From Saccostrea cucullata (lineage: Eukaryota), in contig NW_026941099.1 in the NCBI RefSeq assembly GCF_032062105.1, forward strand, positions 62,001 to 126,000: 64,000 nt of DNA. Direction: 5' to 3'. A program made the translations under genes and the position numbers. The stretch's first letter is position 1. Each line of letters starts with the position of its first letter. Shown one piece after another: positions 39,811 to 52,087 of the stretch. Below the pieces are notes generated by a model, which ran no database searches, had not been told where the DNA came from, and saw nothing but the letters and a program-made list of their open reading frames with translations.

Positions 39811-41099
39811 GTCACGTCAAGTATAATGCGTTTATAAAGAATGTCACTGCCCTCCTTTAGGCTTGAAAGACGTCACATATGTGTTTAGAATATATTGTCA
39901 ATGATTTAAATAAAAATACTTATACAGAGGTTAAAAAAACATTTTTTGCCAGTGATATTCAATTTTATTCGCCACTAGCTACAAGTGAGCAGACAATAGA
40001 TAGTCCTTTTAGTCCATTTCCTTTGAGTCAAACGAAATAAAAAGCAGATATATATATGTTAAATAATTTTTTTCTCAGTTGATTTCTTTTCGTTTTATTC
40101 TATCACAATCGAATTCAAGATTAAACAATGAAATAAAATAATACAATAAAAATGGAATATATAATTCAATAGAAATGTACATTCTATATGTGAATGAAAA
40201 AAACAGAGATTTCTTGATTCTACTGCTATCAACTACACCCCATAAGAATTGAAGATAAACGGCTTCATGTCCAATGATTGCATTTCATTCTGAAGTAGAA
40301 AAAAAAATTCTGTCACTCAGGTATGACTGATGTACATTGTACATGTATATGAACTGTATCATAGATTGTCAGATAAAAATTAAGATGTATTTACTTAATT
40401 GATCCAGTAAAAATAAAAATAACAATAAAAATCGTGAACAGGGTAGAATCACAGATCCATTTAAAAACAAGATGTGGGACCGGAGGGTTTAATGTAGTAT
40501 ACATCTGCTGTTGACTGGTCGCAAGAAAAGAAAGACCTTATGTGTTGATCAGGCCCGGGGTACTGTATAGTTAAAAGTATAAAAGCAATGACTAAAACAT
40601 GGTATATTAAACGCACTATCAGGCAAAATACGACACAACGATCAATCATATTTACCGCAGTGTCGTTCTAATGTCACTGAAGATTTTACGAAAACCTGAC
40701 TTTAAATTAGGTAATTGATTTATCTGCAAATCAACTTTATTGTCGGTAGTTTGCTTTGGCATCGTTTTTCATATCAAGTATTCGAAGATATAAATACAAT
40801 ATTCAAATGTTCTTGAAATATAACCACATAAGGAGTTGTCGTTGAAAAAAATGAGCTCATGGAGATATGTTAGTACTTGTCTCTTGTCGTTTATATCAGC
40901 ACATTGTAAAACATCAAAATATTAAACAAAGGTGACAGACACTTTCATTTCCGTTACCCCGAGTCCATTTTGAAAAATCGAATCGAAATTAGACATTTTA
41001 ACTGATTTCGTTGATACAGTCATACAGATATTGAGTAGTTTCTGGAGGCAGGCCTTCCAACAATCTCTTCGAATAGTCATATGCACTGTACGTGCTCCA

Positions 41100-41710
41100 T
41101 TTTAATCCTATTTGTCTTTTTATTTCCATGATGAGAAATTATTATTACAAATATATAATTTAAAATACAAACTTATACTCGTACATATCAACTTTATATG
41201 CAACTATTCCAACGATAAATTAAAGTCCAGCCTTTTTTACATCATTAAAAGCTGCTTTTGCAACAATGAACTCGTTAAATCACTTACTTTGTTGTTCATC
41301 ATTTGCAAAAAAAAAATAAACATTTTGATCGTACACACAATTCCATGTACTTTGAAACTGATATTTAAAAGGTGCTCATGTTTCTGATCGTCAACATTTA
41401 TATGGTTTTGTAGCCCAGGTCTCCCAATAATCTCTTGGAATTCCATTGGGTACCAAATGCGCCCCATTATTAGCAGAACCATTTTGTATGAAGCGAAATG
41501 TCTTCAAAATGTTTAATGGGACAAGAAGAAAACACTTGCTGTGGCCTTCAACACGACATTTAGATATATCGACTACATATATATTGTCAGTTTACAATAG
41601 TTCAGATTTTTTTTCGACACGATATATCCCAGTGAGCTTGAAACTAAAGATATACAACAGAGTCTGCAAATCTGTTTCATATTTAGATCTTTTACTAGAA
41701 AAAAAACATT
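41100..41710 (+). mobile_element. Degenerate Penelope-like reverse transcriptase fragment
   Basis: GIPLGTKCAPLLAE (about 41437-41478) and SVSYLDLLL motifs, with many frameshifts. Confidence 0.7.
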
Positions 41711-43294
41711 AATGGTTACCTACTCCCACTCTCCCCCTCTTTCTCCCTCTATCTTTACATTTTTTGTCCGTCTCCCCAACTTATTACATAAAAGATTCAG
41801 GGTCATGTACAATGCAAATATTGAAATAATATACTTACTCTGGAATAAAAAGAAAATTTTTACCATTATTTTACATGTAATTAAAATAGCCTCTTAATTC
41901 CTGTTCCTTTTATTTGACATGGATTTATCATAATTGCTTTTTTCTGCAAAAAATGTTACCTAAATTATTAGCGTCATAACTTGAAAATACTGTTTTCAAA
42001 TTAACAATTTGATCATTTTGTTATACTGTATGCATATATCATTTTTTGTATGTGAGTAAATCTTGATGAGTAGGAGATCGAGATTGAATTTCGTTCCACT
42101 TCATTGACTCTTGATGGAGAAATAACATTTTAAATAACTTTACTGTATTTTTCAAAATCGGTTCTGCACTAAATTAACTAAATTAAATTAAGAGTTGTCG
42201 TACGTTTCCCTATCAGACACTGTATGAATAATGGTATGGCGATTTCGATTGCAGAGAATGCCGAAGGTAGAGAATTCTTCAAAACGAGATTGTCCTCTGA
42301 AAAAATTATTGATTGAAACATGTTGGGTAGCTTTATAGTAATAAACTAAATTGTATTAAAACCATGTAAAATGAGCCGTTCTGAACAAAGCACACAACAC
42401 ACATGAATGTCTAATTACATTCAAACACCTCTTTTTTAGTAAGGCAGATGGACTTCATTCCAAGACATTCATTTACATGTACATATAATAAATTACCAAA
42501 ATGTCCAAATTTTCATATATATATCTGATAAAATGACATAATAAAAAGAAAAAAACCCGGTAGGAGATTTGTATTGCTTATACAATAATCTCAGAATGCT
42601 CATGTTTAAACATGCTTTTAACTTTCCCTGTTACTATAACAGAGTTTTATTTTAATAAATCGGGAGATGACGTTAAATCAGACATTTAGCCTAGCCCTTT
42701 TTTTTCAACACATTGACATTTTCAGTATATAAATTTTATGTTTTGGGGGGTTTATTTGATAGAAGACTTGTTTGTTTGAAATGATATTGGTTTAATAAAA
42801 AATCCAATGTGTATGTGTGTTCTATTTTACAGCAAAACTACTTATAATAAAATTGATTTAGATTGTGCAATTCAGTTAAGTACAATCTAGTGGATTAAAT
42901 CAATAATCAAATTTAATTAACTCGTTTCACTAAAACTTAATCGCGACAAAAAAAGTGTCAAATATTGTTCTGATGATTTATTCAATACAAAAAATTCTGA
43001 ATTAACATTTTTGATAAGCATTTCCTAGATGAATTCGATAATGCAGTTCATCCAATTTTTTTCTATAATTTTCATTCCAAAATTTAAATGTGCTAATCAA
43101 CCAATAGTACGGTGTAATTGAACTCCTTGAAAACGAGTAAAAAATCTATCCGAATTATATGTTATATGATATATTATCCAAAATTTCAATAGTTTGAAAA
43201 ATTAATAATTACATTTCCAGTGCTCTTAAATATCAAAATACTATAAAATTTATTTAAGTAAAAGAGATAATTACAGAAGATACGGGTTTTTGCC

Positions 43295-45207
43295 ATGGAC
43301 ATATATATCAGAATTCTTTCGTTTTTTATATTAATGAATGTGTTATTAAAATCAGCCATTCATGCGTGCTCAATCAGGTAGGAAACCATTAGAAAGGTAT
43401 ACATGTAAATTATGTTACAATCAGTTCAATATTATAGAAGGTGTATTCAATTTATTATTTAGAGTTGCAACTGGAAGAGAGAAATGCTGCACACACTTTT
43501 ACAAAGTCAATGATACCTGCCGAGGTAATAAATTTTGATAAGTTTTTTTTTCATTTAAACGCATTTATCAATTTTAAGTTATAATAATTTTAAAAAGTAT
43601 AGTGCAGTGCTGTAAGCTTTTCAAATAAACCACATTTGGATCCTGATCAAAGGAGAGTGTACAAAATCACTGACTGTACTTTTTAATATTTGTAGACATA
43701 ATGGTACAACCCATCATAAAAAAAAATTATAAAATTTGGGAAGCAAAATAAAATCTACATAACTTTGACCTGATAATGTTTTCAAGTGATATTTGTGTTC
43801 TTCGTACATCATTTAAATGAATGTTTATATTTCTATGTCATCGTTTTGTTTTTTTAATATAAACCTCCAAACTTGTGGTAATTTTGTTTTTCCGAAATAG
43901 CAGAAATGCATGAAATTTCTTTTTCCCTTTCTATTGGCAATCTCCCTCTAACTCGAAAATAATTCATAGCAAAATTCAATATGATCCCTTCCAAAAAAAA
44001 ATCCAAAAGAATTGTGAAATCAAATGTAGATGATATATTGAGATAACGAATAGTAACCAAACTCTAAAGTCTATTGAAAGATATTGAATTGAATTGCCTT
44101 TCAATTAAAATGAAAATCACCAATCCAATCATCATTCAATTTAATGAAAGATGTTTTACTGACGAGGTCACTGGCCTTGCAATAGTTATCCTTGCAAAAA
44201 TTATCTTAGATAAAAAAAGTGCTAATTGACTGTGCTTAAAATCATTTAAGTACCAAAAGCTGTTTCACTTTTATGGCTCTAATCCTCAAATATTTTGATA
44301 AAGCCACGTATATATATTATATAAATATCAATTCATATTTTAGTTTTAAGAATTTTTTGTCTTTCTTTCAAGTCTGTTTTCCGGGTTATTTTGGTGACCA
44401 ATGTAGATATGCATGTGTATATCCTTGGTTTGGAAAACGTTGTCAGGAAAAATGCAATTGTTCAAGGGAATATTGTAATCACAAAGATGGCTGTAAAGCT
44501 GTTCCAGGTACGTCAATGTGTTACATGTCTTATATCTAACTTAATATATCTGTAAATTTTGTTGCTATTTTTTCTATAAGAAATTTGTTTAGGAAATTAA
44601 CTGATAATGTCAATGGTACAAAATTTCTTCAATTATAACTGACATCATGAAAGTATATTCGTTCAAATTATTGATAAATTTTTGTTTCTTTTTATATTAA
44701 TATAGAATACCCTACGACTCGATACAAACACACAGCAGAAGTTGGGTTTGTAAACCAAGGTAAATTTAGGTTTTTTGATAAGTTTAAATATTAAAGTAAT
44801 GCCATATTTTTAACTTCTTTCTCTATAAGAAGATTGTTTAGGAAATAAACTTAAAAATGATAATGATTTTTAAAAAAGAATTTTAATCCATTATACCTGA
44901 CAAGACTTTTTTTCACAATAATTTCTTTTTCAAGAAAACGAACTCTGAAAAAGTCTTATGAAAATATACCTACATATAGAGAAAACTCTTCAAATTCATT
45001 ATAAGCACTTCAAAAATCAGATTAAGAATTTTTGTTCCTACAATAGTACTGAATAAATCACTTTTTGCTTTAATAAAAAAAATTGTACTTAAATCAAATG
45101 TGAATCATTGAAAAATTTAATTGTATCCAATTTTAATTAAAGAGACTCCTACGAAGTCATCAAATTATAATAGTTCGACAACTGAACCCTCAGAAAAATT
45201 GGGCTGA
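43295..45207 (+). CDS. EGF receptor copy B1, about 132 aa, stops before the TM (secreted form or pseudogene); exons 43295-43377, 43463-43524, 44373-44507, 44706-44759, 45143-45207
   Basis: Signal peptide MDIYIRILSFFILMNVLLKSAIHA; CCTHFYKVNDTCR; VCFPGYFGDQCRYACVYPWFGKRCQEKCNCSREYCNHKDGC. A degenerate TM relic follows the stop (to about 45290). Confidence 0.7.
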
Positions 45208-45880
45208 TGGTTTAATATCATACAAGGGTAACAATGCGTTTGCTACAGAATCTTCTATTTTTGATTTAGTTCTTTCGTCTGTGATATCAAATACAATATC
45301 ATGAATAGTTCATAAATTAGTTATTAATAGACTGCATGACTACATAGGGCCAGTGCTGGTTAATGGTTGTGCCGCTGGGTCATGATTTGTGTTGTACATG
45401 TACCTATGATACCATGACAATCATCTTTTAAGTACTGGATTTGATTATCATGTTGGTCCAACATTGATTAACCAACTCACTTTTCTAAGAAAATTTAGAA
45501 TTAATGGTTGAACATTGGTTGTAACGACATGTACATTGTAATTCACCTGGTTAATAATGTAGGTTTTGTCCGACATGAGCCTGAGTATTATCTTTAACAG
45601 TTTTCTGTGAATTGGAGTGAGTGCGTTGTTCCGACGTTAGTCCAAGCCGATGTACACACCGAATCTTAATTGGGAGCTTTATTTTAATATAACGTTGGTA
45701 AAATGTTGTTATACCCTTTACTAGACTATTGGTCTTAGTGAAGTTGCATGATCGTTGAACCAAATGAGAATACATTGAACTTACTTTGTGTCAAATGTTA
45801 GCGTGAATGTTCTCTACAAAGTATAAGATAAGGTTATTGAACAATTGATAGATCAACAATTGTACTGCCAGTTTTACATA

Positions 45881-46919
45881 CGAGGGTTGTCCCAAATAGT
45901 CGTAGACAGGGTTAACAGTTTATTTTCTCTTTGCTGAATCAAATTTCTCTTCTTATCCTAACAAAAAGTTACATTATATGACCATGCATTTCAAATTTCA
46001 TGATGATATCATATTTAATAAGGAAGTTATGAAAAAATAAAGATAGCATGTAAGTGTACATCGGCGCACGAAAGCAAGCGTAATTTACGTCTCATATAAC
46101 TTCATGATCTCTTTTTCTGCTTCACACGCATCTGTTAACATTCAATCATTTTTTTAAAAGTGAAAGACAGTTCTTGACTTAGGGACTTATTTAAATTCAC
46201 TACTGTCCGGTTTCTTGTTGTTGTTATTTTTTGTTAAAGCAGATTCAAATTTAATTCGAAAGATCGCCATACATTTGACGTCTTTCGTGGCCCAGATTGT
46301 TCCTCGTTGTTGTTTGTTCTCTACTTCTTACATGTTGTAACTAATTTCGGTAGAGAAGAAAAACTCTCAATGAATCTCATGTCATTTAAAAATAACTTCC
46401 TTATTAAAATCTCGTGTGTAATGTCACTTCTTTATTTTTTTCCCTATCTGCAATGTATACAAATCATATTCAAAAACAATTTACTGTATATATCCGTGCG
46501 CCGGTTACGCGTTTTACGACGTCATTTTCATCAAACACAATTCCAACAACACTTTGAAAATCATTATACCAATCGTCTGTTTCCAATGCTATTTATATGA
46601 AATTTTGACATATTATTAAGATTTTGATTCTGATTTCACTAATGTAAATTTGAGTTATATGTTTTACATAGTACTAGATAAATAAAAAGCAAATATAATA
46701 ATTATATGCGTAAAATATTCCAAATTTTGTTCGTGCGCCGACAGACCTTATCGACCCTCATATAAATCTCCTAATATCTTCTATATGAAAAATATATATT
46801 TCAAAATACACCATTTTAAAGAACATTGAATATGTTATGTCTATGAAAAATTTGGTTAGTATTGGTTGCATTTTTAAAAAGTTATAAACATTGTCTACGA
46901 CATTTTGGCACAACCCTCG
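45881..46919. mobile_element. Tc1/mariner-like MITE
   Basis: TA|cgagggttgtcccaaatagtcgtagaca ... tgtctacgacattttggcacaaccctcg|TA. Confidence 0.9.
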
Positions 46920-47363
46920 TATATTACATTAATATTTTTTTTTAGATAAGTGAACCTGATTTAAGAAGATTTAAATTTGTAATTCAATCTTTGTCAAATC
47001 AAAAAAGACGATCGATCAAAGCATCTAGACTAACCTGTTTAATGGACAAAATATTGTAGTATGCTGTTTACCATTCTTTTTATCTAATTATTATTTTTGC
47101 TTTAGTCTTAATCAAGCTAAAAATTTGATCCTTATCTGTCCACATAAAGTATGTAACGCATTCCATCTAGTATTCTTACTGTTAAATAATCCAAATACCA
47201 ATGTATCTTAAACTATACGAGGGGTACTAAAGAGATCACGGTTTGAATACTATGTTTGGGTAAATACAAAAATAGTAAATGAAACAAAATGTAGTAATGA
47301 AATTTCAGCTAATATTTACATAGATATAATAAGCAACGTGTTTGTGCAGAAACGAGACTTTAA

Positions 47364-47980
47364 GGACAGATGATACAAACAGTTTTTTTCTTTAAAAAAG
47401 ATTAAATATCATGTCACAAGTTTAGAAAAGTGGATGGTTCTTAGAATTTTTTCTCCGAAGAACTGGAAAATGAAATATATTTGGAAAATATTAGTAATAT
47501 TTCAATAAAAAAACGAATATAGACAACTCACATTCAGTAAAGGTTTACAGTTGAAAATAAATTTCAGAATATGTTATCCTGGCGCTAAAAGTGTAATATA
47601 AACCTTAGAAAAATATACCAAGCCGGATGAATTTTAAGAGGAAGATCGAAATGACAAAAAATTGGCAATATCACATAGGCCGATTTTTACCATTTAGCTT
47701 TTCCTAATAAAATTCATCTGGCTCGGTATATTTTTCTTAAGTTTATATTACACTTTTAGCGCCAAGATAACATATTCTGAAATTTATTTTCACCTGTAAA
47801 CCTTTACTGAATGTGATTTGTCTATATTTGTTTTTTCATTGAAATATTACTTATATTTTCCAAGTCTTTTTCATATTCCAGTTCTTAGGAGAAAAAATTC
47901 TAAGAACCATCCACATTTCTAAACTTATGACATGATATTATATCTTTTTCAAAGAAAAAATTTGTTTGTATCATCTGTCC
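47364..47980. mobile_element. Fold-back MITE (about 617-bp palindrome) with TTAA TSD, Kolobok-like
   Basis: ttaa|ggacagatgatacaaaca ... tgtttgtatcatctgtcc|ttaa; the arms are complementary over about 290 bp. Confidence 0.9.
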
Positions 47981-48117
47981 TTAACGCAGATGGTTACTTG
48001 GTTAATTAGTTAATTGTTTTGTTCATTTAATGTTTAATGGACATCAAAACTGTGACGAAAGAATCAAATCTCTACTGCACGAGTCTACAATAATCGTGAG
48101 TATTTTACTTTGTTTAA

Positions 48118-49026
48118 GGTAGGTCCGTACTTTCAGAATTTTCTGTCACATTGATATTTTTTCAATTTGAATACCATGAACAAGTCTTAAACTTACTAAA
48201 ACACCCATAAAAGATATATCTTTGCGGGTTAATTTTCATACAACCTGTGTCAGCGCACATGCCTCTAAAAATTCAACAGCCAAAATTGAACATAAAAAAG
48301 TGTGATATCATTTTCTCTTAGTAATGCACCAAATCACATCAAATTTATGTTAAAACTTATGAAGATCAAAAATATTTATTTGCCAAGAGAATATTTGAAA
48401 TCTTTACTGCAAAACATTAACAAATTGGTGTTGAAACTGTCCATGTCTTTCAGAGAAAAATCTCAAAATATCTTTATTTTTTATAATTCTCAAATCCAAA
48501 ATGTTTAGATGCCATTTTTTCTTTAAAGCTATTAAGAATTATATCTAATATTAACAAAAACAGCTACTTTATTATGGTTGACCAGAGAATTTTAACAAAA
48601 CAGTCTTTTGAAGACGTATACCCCCATTTTTGGAATATTATTTTTTTTCAATTATTCAATGCAATATTTTTTAAAAGTAAAAATCAAATGGATGATATAG
48701 GCTCTAAATCAATAAAAATAGATCTCAGGTTAGTTTGCTTAAAAGATAATTAAAAAGATTTAGGTCCATAAATGAAATTAAGAATTTTGTGTCTGTGTAT
48801 ATACTAAATGACATATAAATCTTATGGACAGAGTGCAAAGTGTTAATTTCCATAAATAATGTATATTAAATGCTTCATATGCACAATAACACTATAATAA
48901 ACAAATATATACTTGCTAAATCATTTTCAATCACCCAAAAAGATTTATATCAATAGAAAAGTGAAAACAAGAATTTTATATTGATGTGTAAAATTAGAAC
49001 CGGATCTGTAAAAGTGTTGGCCTTCC
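48118..49026. mobile_element. TTAA-TSD non-autonomous DNA transposon (Kolobok-like)
   Basis: ttaa|ggtaggtccgtactttcaga ... tctgtaaaagtgttggccttcc|ttaa. Confidence 0.7.
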
Positions 49027-50310
49027 TTAAGTAACAATTACTATGGAACTTTTAGCATCGTATTTACTTGTTTTAGCCAGTTTTTACCTAACCTTTATAT
49101 TACTGTTCACAAAATATGAACAATTTTGTATGCTGAGATACACTTCCGTTTAATATTGTCTAACTTTTTAAAAATATGGTAACCTATACATGTCTTGCTA
49201 TTATTATTTGATTTTAACTTCATGTATATACCGTGAAAAAAAATGCAATTGGTCTATTTTGATCACACAAAACTCTTTTGATGGAAATACCTTAATGAAA
49301 TGTGGATGCTACTCAAAGAGCTTTGGCATCATACACGAGTATTTCAGCAAAATTAAAATCATCAAAACATAAAACGTTTCTCATTTTCGAATTTTGCGTT
49401 TCTTAAACCCATCTGTTTTAAACGATTTAAAGCTTAAACATCTTGTCATATGCAAACTTGCGTCATTTCATTATTAAACAATAATATCTAATACTGTAAC
49501 ACACAAGAAAGCTCTAAACACTGCACACTAAATAGCGCCGTTTATATGGGAGTTTTATACAGTTAGAGTGATCAACCCTTAGACGTAAGAGAAAAAAGGT
49601 TATTTAAAGTTAACACAATTTGAAATACATTAAAATATACGTAGCATTAAATCAGACCATGAATGATAAAAAATTTCATTTCTTCCATTTACTTTCCTTA
49701 TGTAAGTAAACAACAGTGATTTCTGCTCCCAAGTAGTCTATTGTCTTTTAACATTTTTCCTTTGGAAATAAGGTAGGTACCCTCTGTTGAATATTATCAA
49801 TATGCACACTTCTGTATAATATATTTTTCTCCAAGTCCAATCAAGTACTTTTTATTATTTTTTAGAGCTTCCTTAATCCTAGGTGATAAGCCAGGGCATA
49901 TTTTTGTCATTTCATTAAATAGACTTGGCTACATGTAACACATGTTTGATGGATTTTTCATATTTCCTGCACTTAATTAATACATAATTCTAAAAGGATG
50001 TGTATTTCCTAGCATTTCCTAAATGAAGTTGATCATTAAAATAAATGTTGGATTGATTTCAAATATTTTAGAGAAAAGCGAGTATGACAAATTTGTTAAT
50101 AAAAATAATGAACCTTAATTGAATTTTAACTCTTTTCCTCAAAAATATAAGGAAACATTCGTTGTTTTTCTTCATTTTGTTGAATATTGTAGAATATATA
50201 AGCGAGGGTTGAATGAGTTGACAAATGGTAAGTATTTATTTCATGTAGTACATGACACCAAAAAAATCAGTTTAACGAATTGCAATAATGATACCGAGAA
50301 AGAACTAACC

Positions 50311-51872
50311 ATGTTGATCGGACCTTTTTCGATCACTCTAGTAGTGAATTTGCTATCAAGTCTTACCATTAAAGCCTGCTCAATCAGGTAGGTGACCAAT
50401 AAAAAATTCTATTGTTATGCAATTTATGACGCAGTTTTAAAAGCATAATAAAGGAATGAATATAACTTTTAATTAAGAAATGCAACAGGGGGAGAGAAAT
50501 GCTGCACAAACTTTTACAAAGTCAACAACACCTGTCAAGGTAGTTATTTTTTTATATTATAAATTCTTTAGCTCTTTTATTTTTATGCCAAATCCTAATT
50601 ATTTTCTTAAATAAAGTAGAGTATTTAAGTGGTAGACTAAACAATAAGCCACTTTCAAAATCGGTTAAATGAAGTGTTGAAGGGGCGATCAATGTAAATT
50701 AATATATATGCGTCTTTGATTTTAGCCTGCTTTCCTGGCTATTTTGGTGAGCAATGTAGATTTGCCTGTGAGTATCCGTGGTTTGGACTTCATTGTCTAG
50801 ATAAATGCAACTGTTCAAAGGAATATTGTAATCACATAGATGGTTGTAAAGCAATTCCAGGTATATGAATGTGTCACACGTAACACATGAAGTAAATTTT
50901 GATTTCTGATTCTTTATCTTTTCTATTTAAAAAATTGTTAAGGAATTTTTAAAATTGGAAAGGTCAATTGAAAAATTCTTATAAATTGTTATCAACTATA
51001 TGAAAGCATTTTTTTCGTGAAATGCTTGAAAATGATTTTTTTCTTTTTATTTAAAGAAAACCCGACGACTCTATCAAAACACACCCCGGAAATCGGATTT
51101 GAACTTTTTTCATCTTATAATGGTATTCACTTATTTCTTACTCTTGCGTTAAGTACATGTAGAGCTTGTGTTTCAATCACTTTTGAATAACAATCATAAC
51201 TTTTTTTTTCATTTTTTAGTTAGAGAGATGACCTCCTTATCACCAAACTATAGTTTGACAAGTAATATCTCAGAAAATACGACTAATGATGTGATATCTG
51301 CAAAGGGTAACAGTTTTTTTGATAGAGGTTCTTATATTTTTGCTTTAGTTATCTTGTTTGGCATTGTGATATCCTGTGTAATATTTTTCACAGTTCAAAA
51401 AGCAATTTTTAAATGCAAAAGGATTAATGTTATTCAAAGTAGTAACGAAGCTTCCTCAGATATTTATATGGATATAATCGACAATATGTTAGTAGAAACG
51501 TTCGACGATTCAACCAATGACAACATGCATTTAAATATATATGACGATTCGGCAATTTCTAACGAAATTAACATAGCATTAGATGAAAACGAACCGACCA
51601 CCAGTCTTTGTAAATATCCTCCTGAAGAATGCGAAAAATATATTTATAGCGAAGTGATTAAAAATAAGACTATCAAATCCAACCATACTAATGAAACGGG
51701 AGAAGCGGTGAGTAGTAGTAAAAAAAAAGAAGAGTCAGTTAAAAGTGAGATTGGTATTCTCGATGAATGCATGCAAAACACGAACGATAACCCAATTGAG
51801 TCGATCTCTCAAGACACGCCGATTAAAGCATGTATCTTTGTAAATAAATTTACTGAATCAACTAAACTTTAA
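50311..51872 (+). CDS. EGF-TM receptor copy B2, intact, 330 aa; exons 50311-50387, 50478-50539, 50726-50860, 51057-51122, 51220-51872
   Basis: Exon lengths sum to 993 nt with no stops. Signal peptide, CCTNFYKVNNTCQ, 8-Cys EGF, TM YIFALVILFGIVISCVIFFTV, DIYMDI, NIYDDS and YIYSEV motifs, C-terminus TESTKL. Confidence 0.9.
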
Positions 51873-51907
51873 CTTGTAGATCCTTTAAAACTTTTTTATC
51901 CAAGTCG

Positions 51908-52087
51908 TCGCCCGCGTGGCGCAGTGGTTAGAGCGTCTGCTCTAAAGTCGCGAAGTAAAGAGTCAATCCTTACGTCGCAGGTTCGAATCTCACTTTGGGA
52001 GGTGGAGACCGCTCCTTCGGATGTAACCGTATAAACCAAGGTCCCGTGTCGTAGTCAGTAGGTTCTGGCATGAAAAAGATCCCTCCT
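51908..52087 (+). mobile_element. tRNA-derived SINE (Meta-domain-like) in the B2 3'UTR
   Basis: A box tggcgcagtgg, B box ggttcgaatct, and core aaaccaaggtcccgtgtc..aaaagatccctc. Confidence 0.8.

Noticed and set aside
51908-52000. Possible tRNA gene
   Set aside because: It has A and B boxes but no closing acceptor stem, and it continues into a SINE core.
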